The position numbers were made by a program, and so were the translations under genes. Below, in pieces: positions 54,146 through 63,750 of a stretch of 64,000 nt of DNA. Positions within the stretch are counted from its first letter, which is position 1, and each line of letters starts with the position of its first letter. The notes beneath the pieces were generated by a model, which did not search any database, was not told the origin of the DNA, and saw only the letters and a list, made by a program, of their open reading frames with translations. Origin of the DNA: Erysipelotrichia bacterium (lineage in GTDB: Bacteria > Bacillota_I > Bacilli_A > Erysipelotrichales > Erysipelotrichaceae); the NCBI GenBank assembly GCA_012800355.1, contig JAAZJL010000031.1:8596-72595 (forward strand), written 5' to 3'.

Positions 54146-55807
54146 CTACACATTTATTTCTATGATAGCTGGTATAATCATTGGACGTTTACCAGTTTCT
54201 CTTGCCACATATCTTTCTATTCTACTTCTTAGTTCAACTTTTGCTTCTAAATTTTCATAAGTACCATTTTCAACTTTTTCAGTTATAACATCTACAACAA
54301 TTTTACCAATGTTTTTTATTAAATATTCACTGTCTTTGACATAGAACACACCTCTTGATTGAACATCAGGTCCACCAATTATATCCTTTGTCTTATAATT
54401 AATTGCTACCCCAACAATGATAACTCCATCAGTTGATAAAGTTGTACGATCTTTAAACACATGTGAAGTGATACTTTTATTATCTTGAGTATCAATCAAA
54501 ATTTCACCAATTTTTTCAACATATTCAGAAGTTGATTTTAATCTACCATCTGAAAAAGTAGCTATTTGACCATTATCCAAGATAATAATTTTATCAGGAG
54601 TATATCCATTTGACAAAGCTAAATTAGCTGCCGAAATGAAATTACGATAGTCACCCATGACAGGTAGAACATATTTTGGTTTTAACAATGACAGAATCAT
54701 TTTTATATCTTCACTTGATGGATGCAATGATAAAACCTGTTTTGGATCTAGTTTAAAGATATTGACATTATCTTTATATAATTCATTCTCCATTAAGTTA
54801 GCTTGTTTTTCAGTTCCAGGAACCATTGGTGAAGCAATAATTACAGTATCAGTTGTTCTAAGTTCAATTTTACTTTCTTCACCTATTGCTATTTTGTTCA
54901 TAACATTAAATACATTTGCTCCATCACCAGAAACAATAATAATACAATCATCAATTTCATTATTAAACTGTTTTTCATTTATTTGCATTTTTTCTGGAAT
55001 ATTATAGTATTCATTTAAGGCAAACAAAGCTATAAGATTTCTCATTTTTTTGTCAAAAAAGAAGACTTTCTTTTTATATTCAGCAGCAACAGCAATTATT
55101 TCTCTTAATCTAAAAAAGTTTTGCTCATAAAGAGTAAAAAACACTCTTCCAGAAGCATCTTCAATAATTGGACGAATAATATTTGAGATACGATGCCTTG
55201 GTGAAGTAAAACCTTCTTTATCTGCATATGAAGATTCAATTAAACAGCACAAAACACCTTCTTTTCCAATATCAGCAATTGCTGCGATGTCACATTCATA
55301 AGCATTATCACGCATATCAAAATCAACAACAAATTGTTCTGCAACAACGATATGTCCTTGATCAGTTTTAAATGAGACGCCAATAGCATCAGGAGTTGAA
55401 TGAGTTAATCCAAAAGTTGTTAACTCCACATCATCAATTACTGTTTTACCATATCTTGGTAATATCTTAACTTTTAAATGAGATTTTCTCATTTTCTTAA
55501 GCTCTTCTTTGATTAAGATTGTACATAAATTTGGAGCATAGACATCTGCTTCAATTTCTTTAAGCAAATAAGGAAGTCCGTCCATCATATCATCATGAAA
55601 GTGAGTGATAATAATACCACTTAATCTATCTTTATTTTCTATAACATAACTAAAATCATTTACAATGTATTCTACTCCAAATTGATTCTCCTCGGGTCTT
55701 TTGATACCGCAGTTTACAACAAAGAGTTTTTTACCAATTTCAATACAATACATATTTTTGCCATATTCATCTAGTCCGCCTAAAGCAAATATCTTTATAT
55801 TATTCAT
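54146..55807 (-). CDS. rnj: RNase J-family protein with degenerate metal-binding motifs (RNase J2-like)
   Basis: About 553 aa from ATG 55807 behind SD AAGGAGG, overlapping the last miaB codons. It is collinear with Bacillus RNase J1, but HxHxDH reads HFHDDM, TGDFK reads AEQFV and PxHGEY reads PVMGDY. Confidence 0.88.
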   Translation of the reverse strand: MNNIKIFALGGLDEYGKNMYCIEIGKKLFVVNCGIKRPEENQFGVEYIVNDFSYVIENKDRLSGIIITHFHDDMMDGLPYLLKEIEADVYAPNLCTILIKEELKKMRKSHLKVKILPRYGKTVIDDVELTTFGLTHSTPDAIGVSFKTDQGHIVVAEQFVVDFDMRDNAYECDIAAIADIGKEGVLCCLIESSYADKEGFTSPRHRISNIIRPIIEDASGRVFFTLYEQNFFRLREIIAVAAEYKKKVFFFDKKMRNLIALFALNEYYNIPEKMQINEKQFNNEIDDCIIIVSGDGANVFNVMNKIAIGEESKIELRTTDTVIIASPMVPGTEKQANLMENELYKDNVNIFKLDPKQVLSLHPSSEDIKMILSLLKPKYVLPVMGDYRNFISAANLALSNGYTPDKIIILDNGQIATFSDGRLKSTSEYVEKIGEILIDTQDNKSITSHVFKDRTTLSTDGVIIVGVAINYKTKDIIGGPDVQSRGVFYVKDSEYLIKNIGKIVVDVITEKVENGTYENLEAKVELRSRIERYVARETGKRPMIIPAIIEINV

Positions 55808-57254
55808 ATTCCTCCTTTTCAAAATGAACTTGTATACCATTCAGTGAGTTTTTCATACCCTGAGTAATTTTCACATAAATTATATCACCTATTTCAGCTT
55901 TATCATAACTAAAATTAACCAACTTCTGTTGAGGAGTATACCCAGACATAATATTTGGATTTGTTTTAGAATACCCATCAACTAAAACTTCAACAATTTT
56001 TCCTTCCCATTTTTTATTATTAAGTTTTGAATAATATCCTAGTCTTTCATTTAATCTTTGAAGACGTTTCTTTTTCTCTTCAATTGAAATAGAATCTTCC
56101 ATTCTAGCAGCAGGAGTTGCTTCTCTAGCTGAAAAAACAAAAGAATAAGCATTATCATATTTACAATATTCAACCATTTCTAGTGTATCTAAAAACTGCT
56201 CTTCAGTTTCATTTGGAAAACCTACAATAATATCAGTAGAAATGGCTACATCTTTTATTTTTGTCTTTATTTTATCAAATAATTCTTTATATTCTTTAGC
56301 GGTATATCTTCTATTCATCAACTTCAAGATATCATCATTACCAGATTGCAAAGGCAAATGAATAAAAGGCATTATATTCTTTCTACTAGCAACAATATCA
56401 ATCATTTTATCATCAAAATCCCAAGGATGTGATGTTGTAAATCTTATTCGTTTAAAGCCTGTATCACTTACTTTTTCTAATAAGTCACCAAAAGTATAAC
56501 CTTCAGATAAATCTTTGCCATAAGCATTCACATTTTGTCCTAGCAAAGTTATTTCTTTATACCCTTTATCTTTTAAACTATTAACCTCATTTAGGATATC
56601 TTCAAGTTTTCTTGAGCGTTGTTGACCACGAGTATAAGGAACAATACAATAAGTGCAAAACTTATCGCAGCCATCCATAATATTAACAAAAGCTTTATGC
56701 TTAAATTGTCTAACTGATGGTAAATCTTCATAAATACTACCTAAAGTAGAAAAAACTTCAACCTTTCTTTTTTTAGTATTTATAACATTTTCTAACAAAT
56801 TTGGTAAAGCAGTGATATTATGAGTGCCAAAAATTAGTTCTACAACTGGGTATTTTTCTATAATCATTTTTACCATCTGTTCTTGTTGAGGAATACATCC
56901 ACATAAACCAATAACCATATTTGGATTTAAACGTTTAAAAGATTTCAAATAACCAATTGTCCCTAATATCCTTTTTTCAGCATTTTCTCTAATCGCGCAA
57001 GTATTTAATATTATAATATCAGCATCTTTTAACTCACCAGTAAAAGTGTATCCCATATTCTCTAAGATACCACTAATGACTTCTCCATCTCTAACATTTG
57101 CTTGACAACCATAAGTAGCAACATGATATTTAAAACCAACACCTAATTGTTTTTGACTTTCGCTCAATGAAACTGAATTATATACAATTGGCACTTGGTA
57201 TGCTTTATTTCTAAAACGTGCCTCTTTGGCACTTGGTAATTTATATTCGTTCAT
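55800..57254 (-). CDS. miaB: tRNA-i6A37 methylthiotransferase MiaB (radical SAM)
   Basis: UPF0004 cysteines (YGCQANVRD, NTCAIRE, GLCGC), radical SAM CDKFCTYCIVPYTRG and a TRAM domain. The start is set at ATG 57254 (MNEYKLP), because the ORF-track TTG 57278 lies inside the upstream terminator. Confidence 0.92.
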   Translation of the reverse strand: MNEYKLPSAKEARFRNKAYQVPIVYNSVSLSESQKQLGVGFKYHVATYGCQANVRDGEVISGILENMGYTFTGELKDADIIILNTCAIRENAEKRILGTIGYLKSFKRLNPNMVIGLCGCIPQQEQMVKMIIEKYPVVELIFGTHNITALPNLLENVINTKKRKVEVFSTLGSIYEDLPSVRQFKHKAFVNIMDGCDKFCTYCIVPYTRGQQRSRKLEDILNEVNSLKDKGYKEITLLGQNVNAYGKDLSEGYTFGDLLEKVSDTGFKRIRFTTSHPWDFDDKMIDIVASRKNIMPFIHLPLQSGNDDILKLMNRRYTAKEYKELFDKIKTKIKDVAISTDIIVGFPNETEEQFLDTLEMVEYCKYDNAYSFVFSAREATPAARMEDSISIEEKKKRLQRLNERLGYYSKLNNKKWEGKIVEVLVDGYSKTNPNIMSGYTPQQKLVNFSYDKAEIGDIIYVKITQGMKNSLNGIQVHFEKEEYE

Positions 57255-57266
57255 AATTATATTCTC

Positions 57267-57296
57267 ACAAAAAACCAAGCAGGTTTTGCTTGGTTA
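57267..57296 (-). terminator. Rho-independent terminator after the ferredoxin gene, about 20 nt upstream of miaB
   Basis: On the minus strand, TAA then AACCAAGCA-AAACC-TGCTTGGTT followed by TTTTG. The 9-bp stem starts within the ferredoxin stop codon. Confidence 0.8.
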
Positions 57297-57476
57297 TTCT
57301 TGACTAATAGCTTGTACTGGGCAGTCTGCTACGCATGCTCCACAATCAATACATACGTCTTCATTGCATTCAGCTTGTCCATTTTCGTCTAACTCTAATG
57401 CTTCAACTGGGCAACTTGCTAAACAAGCACCACAACCAATACATAAGTCTTTATTAACAGTAACTGGCATATTCAT
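57294..57476 (-). CDS. 2x[4Fe-4S] clostridial-type ferredoxin
   Basis: About 60 aa with two CxxCxxCxxxCP motifs (CIGCGACLASCP, CIDCGACVADCP). SD AAGGAGA. Confidence 0.9.
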   Translation of the reverse strand: MNMPVTVNKDLCIGCGACLASCPVEALELDENGQAECNEDVCIDCGACVADCPVQAISQE

Positions 57477-57498
57477 CAAGTCTCCTTTTCCTTTTTGT

Positions 57499-57526
57499 AT
57501 TATAACATATTTATGATAATTTACAA
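57499..57526 (-). promoter_or_regulatory. SigA-type promoter of the ferredoxin mini-cistron
   Basis: On the minus strand: TTGTAA, a 16-nt spacer containing the TG extension, then TATAAT (TGtTATAAT). It lies about 22 nt upstream of the ATG. Confidence 0.6.
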
Positions 57527-57541
57527 CATTTATGACTTTAT

Positions 57542-58027
57542 TTACGATATATGATTTAAGGCAATACTTTCTATTAATTTAAGAAGTTCATAACTCTGAA
57601 GATTACGTGTTACTATGCGATAAATATTATCTGATGAAAAAATATGTAATAATAATACATATGTTGTTGGACCAGCATCATATAATTGATAAATAATTTC
57701 ATATCCGTAAAAACTACTATAAATATTGCCAAATTCTTTATAATTTTCTTTTTCAAACCATTCATACTTAAATGTATGAAATTCATCGATTGATAAAGTA
57801 GATTTTTCTACTGTTATTGAAGTTATATTTTGATAAAAATTGTAATTTTCAACTTTATTTCTATATGTATAACCATATTCTAATTCTTCTGTTTCCTTAA
57901 CGATAAAAGGAATGGTTATTTTTATTTCTTCAAAATAAATATCTTGTTTTTTTGGAATTACATTAAGTATAATAATTCCCAAAATTATAATAATTAAAAC
58001 TAGTATAGGTATTGCTTTCTTTTTCAT
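57542..58027 (-). CDS. Membrane-anchored hypothetical protein
   Basis: About 161 aa from ATG 58027 behind SD GAGGTG, with one N-terminal TM helix (AIPILVLIIIILGIIILNVI). I recognise no motif. Confidence 0.6.
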   Translation of the reverse strand: MKKKAIPILVLIIIILGIIILNVIPKKQDIYFEEIKITIPFIVKETEELEYGYTYRNKVENYNFYQNITSITVEKSTLSIDEFHTFKYEWFEKENYKEFGNIYSSFYGYEIIYQLYDAGPTTYVLLLHIFSSDNIYRIVTRNLQSYELLKLIESIALNHIS

Positions 58028-58080
58028 TTTATAACACCTCAATTATTATTTTAAATTAAATTTGATCAGAATATCTATAA

Positions 58081-58110
58081 AAAAAGTCATTTATTTAAAA
58101 ATGACTTTTT
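58081..58110 (-). terminator. Rho-independent terminator after ymdB
   Basis: AAAAAGTCATTT-ATTTAA-AAATGACTTTTT starts at the ymdB stop codon. On the minus strand it is followed by a T-run. Confidence 0.8.
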
Positions 58111-58883
58111 TATGGTCTGATTTGAATTCTTTCAATCTTAATTGCTTTTAACTCACTTAAATCAATATCTACAACTACAGCTGATAATATTGCTTCCTCA
58201 GTTGAAATAGTATATCTTGTTTTAATCTCATCTAGCATTGATGTTAGTACCTCATCAGTATCTCTTCCTAATACTGAATTATATGGACCAGTCATTCCAA
58301 CATCACAAATAAAGGCACATCTATCAAATATAGCTTCATCTGCTGTTTGAATATGAGTATGTGTTCCTACAATCATCTGAACTTCTTTTTTAAAATATTG
58401 CATAAAGGCATATTTTTCACTTGTAGCTTCAGCATGTATATCGACAATTTTAATATCACAGGGATTATCTTTTAATAGTTTTTCTAAAGCTTCAAAAGGA
58501 GTTTTAGTGGTATTTGTCATAAAAATACTCCCACACACATTAAATATGCCAATTTTTTTATTTTTAAATTCAATTAAATGAACTGCTTTACCAAAATTTT
58601 CTGGTTCTAAATTAGCTGGTCTAATTAACTTACCAGCATCATCAATAAAAGTGAATATATTATCTTTACTAAATGTATGGTTACCCATTGTAATGCAATC
58701 TACTCCAAGGTTAATAAAGAAATCATAAATCTTTTTAGTGATTCCCTTACCATGGGCAGAATTTTCTCCATTAACAATCAGTAAATCATAATTATATTTT
58801 TCTTGTAAAAAGGGAAGATGATTGCTTAAAGCTTTTCTTCCCTGTTTTCCAACAATATCTCCAACAAATAATACTCTTAACAT
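58110..58883 (-). CDS. ymdB: YmdB-family metallophosphoesterase (2',3'-cyclic-nucleotide 2'-phosphodiesterase)
   Basis: 257 aa with FVGDIVG, VNGENSAHGKG and GNHTF. Its start overlaps the rny stop (TAATG), as in the Bacillus rny-ymdB pair. Confidence 0.9.
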   Translation of the reverse strand: MLRVLFVGDIVGKQGRKALSNHLPFLQEKYNYDLLIVNGENSAHGKGITKKIYDFFINLGVDCITMGNHTFSKDNIFTFIDDAGKLIRPANLEPENFGKAVHLIEFKNKKIGIFNVCGSIFMTNTTKTPFEALEKLLKDNPCDIKIVDIHAEATSEKYAFMQYFKKEVQMIVGTHTHIQTADEAIFDRCAFICDVGMTGPYNSVLGRDTDEVLTSMLDEIKTRYTISTEEAILSAVVVDIDLSELKAIKIERIQIRP

Positions 58884-60436
58884 TATTTTGCAGTCTCGCT
58901 TGCTCTAGTTTCTCTAATTACAGTTACTTTGATTTGACCAGGATAAGTTAATTCATTTTCAATTCTGTTTTTTATTTCTCTAGCAACTCTATAGCAGCTA
59001 GTATCATCAATACGATCTGGTTGAACCATAACTCTAATTTCTCTACCTGCTTGAATTGCATAAGATTTTTCAATTCCTTCAAAACTATTAGCAATCTTTT
59101 CTAATTCTTCTAATCTATTTACATAGTTTTCTAATGATTCATATCTTGCACCTGGTCTAGCAGCTGATAATGTATCAGCAGCTGCAACTAAGTTAGAAAT
59201 AATAGAAGTAGGTTCTTCATCTCCGTGATGTGAGGCAATAGCATTCAGTACAATTTCATTTTCACCATATTTTTTACATACTTTCATACCTAGTTCAACA
59301 TGGCTTCCCTCTTGTTCAAAGTCAATTGCTTTACCTATATCATGTAATAAGCCAGCACGTTTTGCTAGTGACTGTTTACAGCCAAGTTCAGCAGCCATCA
59401 TACCAGCTAAATGGGCAACTTCAATAGAGTGTTGTAAAACATTTTGACCATAAGAATAACGATATCTTAATCGACCAATTAATTTTATCATTTCCCTATC
59501 AATTTTACCTAAACCCAGTTGAAATACTGCTTCTTCTCCTGCTTTTTGGATGACATCATTAATTTCTGCGGTTTTCTTTTGAACTACTTCTTCAATTCTT
59601 CCTGGTTGGATTCTACCATCTTTTATTAAGTGTTCCATTGTTAAACGAGCAATTTCTCTTCTTATTGGATCAAAACAAGAGATAGTAATTGTTTCTGGAG
59701 TATCATCAATTATTAAATCAACTCCAGTAGCTTGTTCAATAGCACGAATATTTCTTCCTTCTCTACCTATAATTCTGCCCTTCATTTCTTCTGAAGGTAA
59801 GCCTACAACTGCTACAGTTCTATCAATTGTTTCTTCTTGTGAATATCTTTGAATAGCCTGCCCTATGATGTTTTTAGCAACATCACTGGCAACAGCTTTT
59901 GCTTCTTCTTCTTGTTCTTTGATATATAATGCCATTTCATTGGCAGTTTGATTTTTTACAACTTCAAATAATTCTTCTTTAGCTTCTGAAGCTGTCAAAT
60001 TAGCGACTTTTTCCAGTACACTAGTTTGGATGTCAATCTTATTTTGTAATTCTGCTTGCATCTTGTCTAAATCAGCAGATCTTTTATTTAAATCGTTTAA
60101 TTTATCATCAACCTGTTTTTCTTTGGTATGTAATTTTTCCTCACGAAAGTTGAGATTGTCATCTCTCCTTGCGAGTCTGTTTTCTAAATCAGTAATTTCT
60201 TGACGCTGTTTTTTCAATTCTTTTTCAGCATTAAGTTTTAATTCATAAGCAGCACTTTTACCGTCCAATACTGCTTGTCTTTTAACAGCATCAGCTTCAA
60301 TATTTGCTTCTTTTATAACTAATTCAGCTTTTTGTTGATTTTTGTTTAAACCGATTTTAGACATAACATTCATAAATATTATGCCTATTAATAAACCTGC
60401 ACTAATTCCCAAGATGAAGGCTGTTGTCGTATTCAT
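58883..60436 (-). CDS. rny: Ribonuclease Y
   Basis: 517 aa with an N-terminal TM helix, a coiled coil, a KH domain ([13 protein letters not shown]) and an HD domain (LLHDIGKA). SD GGAGGG. Confidence 0.95.
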   Translation of the reverse strand: MNTTTAFILGISAGLLIGIIFMNVMSKIGLNKNQQKAELVIKEANIEADAVKRQAVLDGKSAAYELKLNAEKELKKQRQEITDLENRLARRDDNLNFREEKLHTKEKQVDDKLNDLNKRSADLDKMQAELQNKIDIQTSVLEKVANLTASEAKEELFEVVKNQTANEMALYIKEQEEEAKAVASDVAKNIIGQAIQRYSQEETIDRTVAVVGLPSEEMKGRIIGREGRNIRAIEQATGVDLIIDDTPETITISCFDPIRREIARLTMEHLIKDGRIQPGRIEEVVQKKTAEINDVIQKAGEEAVFQLGLGKIDREMIKLIGRLRYRYSYGQNVLQHSIEVAHLAGMMAAELGCKQSLAKRAGLLHDIGKAIDFEQEGSHVELGMKVCKKYGENEIVLNAIASHHGDEEPTSIISNLVAAADTLSAARPGARYESLENYVNRLEELEKIANSFEGIEKSYAIQAGREIRVMVQPDRIDDTSCYRVAREIKNRIENELTYPGQIKVTVIRETRASETAK

Positions 60437-60615
60437 ATATTAAACCCTCCATCTAATTTTAAATTAACATTACTATTTTACCACATTTTTCACACAATTC
60501 CATACATAATATAGTTTTGTTACTTAAAATATTAAAAATTAATTCGTTTTTTGAAAAAACAAATACACAAATTCAAATATATCTATTATAAAAAACTTTT
60601 AAATATATTATATAT

Positions 60616-62742
60616 TTAACCTAAAAATCTCTTCTTTAAGCGCTGTAATAAACCTTCATTTTCTTTTTTAGCATCATAAGATTGTAATTCTTCCATTGAG
60701 AAGTACTCTCTTAAAACATCTTGAGAATGCTTTTTAGAATCATAATTTTTATTTATATAAGAACCATCACTTTGCATAATCCAACCAATTGATTCATCAT
60801 TTTTTTCAACCGAAAGAATATGATTAACTCGCACTTTTAAATCTGGTTGTTTTATTTGAATAAATGCTTCTACACGTCGTTGTGTATTACGATTTAAAAA
60901 ATCGCCAGAACCAATAAATATACGTGCTCTACCACCGTCACCAAATTTAAAAATACGACTATGTTCTAAATGACGACCAACAATTGATTTTACTGTAATA
61001 TTATCAGTATATTCTTTTACATTTGGTAATAAACAGCAAATTCCACGAATAAGTAAAAAGACTTTAACTCCTTGTTGAGATGCTTCAATTAATTTTTCCA
61101 TAATTAAAACATCATTCATTGAATTTAACTTAATTTCTATATTTCCATTGCCATTTAATTTATGATATTCAATTTCATTATCAATTTCCTTTATTACTTC
61201 ACTTCTAAATGACAGTGGCGCAATCCATAAAGTATCATTACCTTCAACTATTTCATTAACAGAAAGGGCATCAAAAAGTAGATTAGCATCTTCGCCAACC
61301 ATACTATCTGAAGTAATATAAGCTAAATCCGTATATTGCTCTTGAGTATTTTCGTTAAAATTACCTGTTCCTACATAAGTAAAATACCTAATTCTATTTT
61401 TTTCACGCATAGTAATCAAACATACTTTTGAATGTACTTTATAATCTGATAAACCATAATGAATAGTACAACCAGCATCTTCCAGTATTTTAGAGTAATC
61501 AATATTAGATTGTTCATCAAAACGAGCTCTTAATTCCATAACAGCTACAACTTGTTTCCCTTTTTCTGCTGCATAAGCAAGAGCACTCGCAATTCGAGAT
61601 GGACTTGAAAGACAATAAAGGGTTATTTTTATTGATACGACATTAGGATTATTAGCTGCTTCATAAAGTAATTGAATGAATGGTTGTGAACTTTGATATG
61701 GATAATGCAACAGTAAGTCATTGTTTTTTAAGTAATCTAGTCCACTTTGATTAGCGAAATCAATAGAGTTTACAGGTGATACGGCTGGGTAAATATCATT
61801 TGGATGTTTATCTTTAAATGCTCGTTTTAAACCAAATCCAAATTCTAAATCCAATGGATAATTATTAACGACAACAACATCTTGTTTCAAGTTTAAAACT
61901 TTTTTAAGATAATCATTAAAATCGCCAGAAACTGAATGAGACAATTGAACACGAACAATTCCAAGTCGTTTTCTCTTTATTAATACTTTTTCCATAATAT
62001 TAAGAAAATCTTCATGTTCGTCCATCATTTCAGTTGCTATATCGATATCAGCATTTCGTGTAACTCTTAAAGTAATAGCTTCTTTTACTGTATATTTTTT
62101 AAATATACTTGATAAATTGTGAGTAATTAAATCACTTGTAATTACGACACGTTCTCTTTCATTAATAGAATAATTAATAAATTTTGGTAAGTTTTCAGTA
62201 TGTACAATTCCATAACGAATTCTATTATTCTTATCTTCTAATTGAGCCATAACATAGGATTGTTTGTTTTTCAAAAAAGGAAATGGATGATGTGGATCAA
62301 CAATTTGAGCAGATAATAATGGTTTAATCTCTTTGTTGAAATAATCCCTTGTTAAAAGTTCATCAACTTTTTCTAAGTTATCCATCTGTAAAATACTTAT
62401 ACCAATTTGTGGTAATTTACCTAGAACTTTTCTAATTGCTTTTTCAACTTCTTTATCATGACTATTTAACCATTTCCAAACTTCATTAATTTGTTCTTGA
62501 GCTGTTTGTCCTGTTTTATCATCGATTTTATCGGGAATAACAATCATCTGATCAGATAACGATCCAATACGCACCATAAAAAATTCATCAAGATTACTTC
62601 CATAGATAGATACGAACCCTAAGCGTTCTAAAAGCGGTGTTGCTTCATCAAGTGCTTGATATAAAACTCTTTTATTAAACTCTAACCAGGAAATTTCTCG
62701 ATTTATAAACAAATTTGGTGTCACACTTTTTTTATGTTCCAT
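60616..62742 (-). CDS. ppk: Polyphosphate kinase 1
   Basis: 708 aa with the PPK1 N-terminus FINREISWLEFNKRVL and the expected length. It overlaps the ppx stop by 11 nt. Confidence 0.9.
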   Translation of the reverse strand: MEHKKSVTPNLFINREISWLEFNKRVLYQALDEATPLLERLGFVSIYGSNLDEFFMVRIGSLSDQMIVIPDKIDDKTGQTAQEQINEVWKWLNSHDKEVEKAIRKVLGKLPQIGISILQMDNLEKVDELLTRDYFNKEIKPLLSAQIVDPHHPFPFLKNKQSYVMAQLEDKNNRIRYGIVHTENLPKFINYSINERERVVITSDLITHNLSSIFKKYTVKEAITLRVTRNADIDIATEMMDEHEDFLNIMEKVLIKRKRLGIVRVQLSHSVSGDFNDYLKKVLNLKQDVVVVNNYPLDLEFGFGLKRAFKDKHPNDIYPAVSPVNSIDFANQSGLDYLKNNDLLLHYPYQSSQPFIQLLYEAANNPNVVSIKITLYCLSSPSRIASALAYAAEKGKQVVAVMELRARFDEQSNIDYSKILEDAGCTIHYGLSDYKVHSKVCLITMREKNRIRYFTYVGTGNFNENTQEQYTDLAYITSDSMVGEDANLLFDALSVNEIVEGNDTLWIAPLSFRSEVIKEIDNEIEYHKLNGNGNIEIKLNSMNDVLIMEKLIEASQQGVKVFLLIRGICCLLPNVKEYTDNITVKSIVGRHLEHSRIFKFGDGGRARIFIGSGDFLNRNTQRRVEAFIQIKQPDLKVRVNHILSVEKNDESIGWIMQSDGSYINKNYDSKKHSQDVLREYFSMEELQSYDAKKENEGLLQRLKKRFLG

Positions 62743-63640
62743 ATATTATCTCCTTTTTGTTTATGATGTAATTAATTAAGTAACCTTCCCTTGCTCCTGC
62801 ATAAGAAACAATTATTTCCTCAGACCGATAATATTTCATTATTGAATACAAAATTAATGTACCCGGTACAATTGTATGAATTCGATCTGGAATTACTTTC
62901 AATATAGTGTCTTGAATTTCATTTGGATTTTTCATTATATTCACAATTTCTTTTAACTGCGAAAAAGTAATCGTATCTTGAGTACTATCATTAAATATTA
63001 TATTTTTTAATTTTAATAATGCTCTTATACTTCCACCAACACCTATAATTGTTTGAATTTTCTTTGGGTGACTATCATTTAATGTTAAAAGCACTTTAGC
63101 ATTTCGACATATACTCTTTATTTCAGATTTATTTGGTAAAAAACCACTAACATAGTTACGATAAAAATTTAAAGAACCCATAGGAAGTGAAGTTGAACTT
63201 TCTATTTTATTATTCTTAAAAGGAACAAGTTCACAGGAACCACCACCAATATCAACGACAAGTCCACTATCTCTTTGGACAACTGAATGGGCGCCAATAT
63301 AACCTAATTCTCCTTCTTCATTTCCTGAAACTAAATGAATATCAAATCCAAGAGTTTCTTTTACTCTTTGAATAATTTCATGACTATTTTTTATATTTCT
63401 TAAAGAAGCTGTTGCAAACGGATAAACTCTTGTAATATTTAATCTTTTTAATATTAAATCAAACCTTTTTAAAACATCTAAAAGTTTTATAATGCCACTT
63501 TCTGCCAAAACTCCATTTTCTACATGACTAATCAGTCCTGCCATTTCTTTTGAACTAAAAGCTTGTTCAAAAAAATCTTCTTTTATAATATAAACATTCA
63601 TTCTAATTGTGTTAGAACCTATATCAATAATTGCTAGCAT
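62732..63640 (-). CDS. ppx: Exopolyphosphatase (Ppx/GppA family, short form)
   Basis: Actin-like ATPase motifs IIDIGSNTIRMNVY and VDIGGGSCEL. The start is moved to ATG 63640 behind SD AAGAGGAG. Confidence 0.85.
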   Translation of the reverse strand: MLAIIDIGSNTIRMNVYIIKEDFFEQAFSSKEMAGLISHVENGVLAESGIIKLLDVLKRFDLILKRLNITRVYPFATASLRNIKNSHEIIQRVKETLGFDIHLVSGNEEGELGYIGAHSVVQRDSGLVVDIGGGSCELVPFKNNKIESSTSLPMGSLNFYRNYVSGFLPNKSEIKSICRNAKVLLTLNDSHPKKIQTIIGVGGSIRALLKLKNIIFNDSTQDTITFSQLKEIVNIMKNPNEIQDTILKVIPDRIHTIVPGTLILYSIMKYYRSEEIIVSYAGAREGYLINYIINKKEIIYGT

Positions 63641-63696
63641 AAAGTCTCCTCTTAAAATAATTATATCATGACTAATATTATACAACATTGAATATT

Positions 63697-63725
63697 AAAA
63701 GAGAGAATAATACTTCTCTCTTTTT
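63697..63725 (-). terminator. Rho-independent terminator after recA (hairpin is symmetric, with A/T runs on both sides)
   Basis: AGAGAGAA-TAATAC-TTCTCTCT is an 8-bp stem flanked by AAAA and TTTTT. Confidence 0.75.
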
Positions 63726-63750
63726 ACATATATATTACTTAAGTAAAGTT

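Noticed and set aside
55808-55840. N-terminal extensions given by the ORF track for rnj (55840), miaB (57278), recN (22791), infB (11156), asp23 (19025), the acyl-CoA ligase (40595), ppx (63688), ttcA (17437), nrnA (34124), the ferredoxin (57479) and the 166-aa orphan (58042).
   Set aside because: In most cases a downstream ATG is preceded by a clear Shine-Dalgarno sequence and matches homolog N-termini. The upstream starts are mostly TTG/GTG or overlap the preceding gene or a terminator. For nrnA the choice rests on homolog length only.
58081-58110. The ymdB terminator (AAAAAGTCATTT...AAATGACTTTTT) shares its stem sequence with the terminator beside dif (27642-27668, AAAAAGTCAT...ATGACTTTTT), which could indicate a dispersed repeat family.
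   Set aside because: There are only two copies, the shared part is about 10 nt per arm, and the loops differ. Both are adequately explained as ordinary A/T-flanked terminators, so the similarity is probably convergent.
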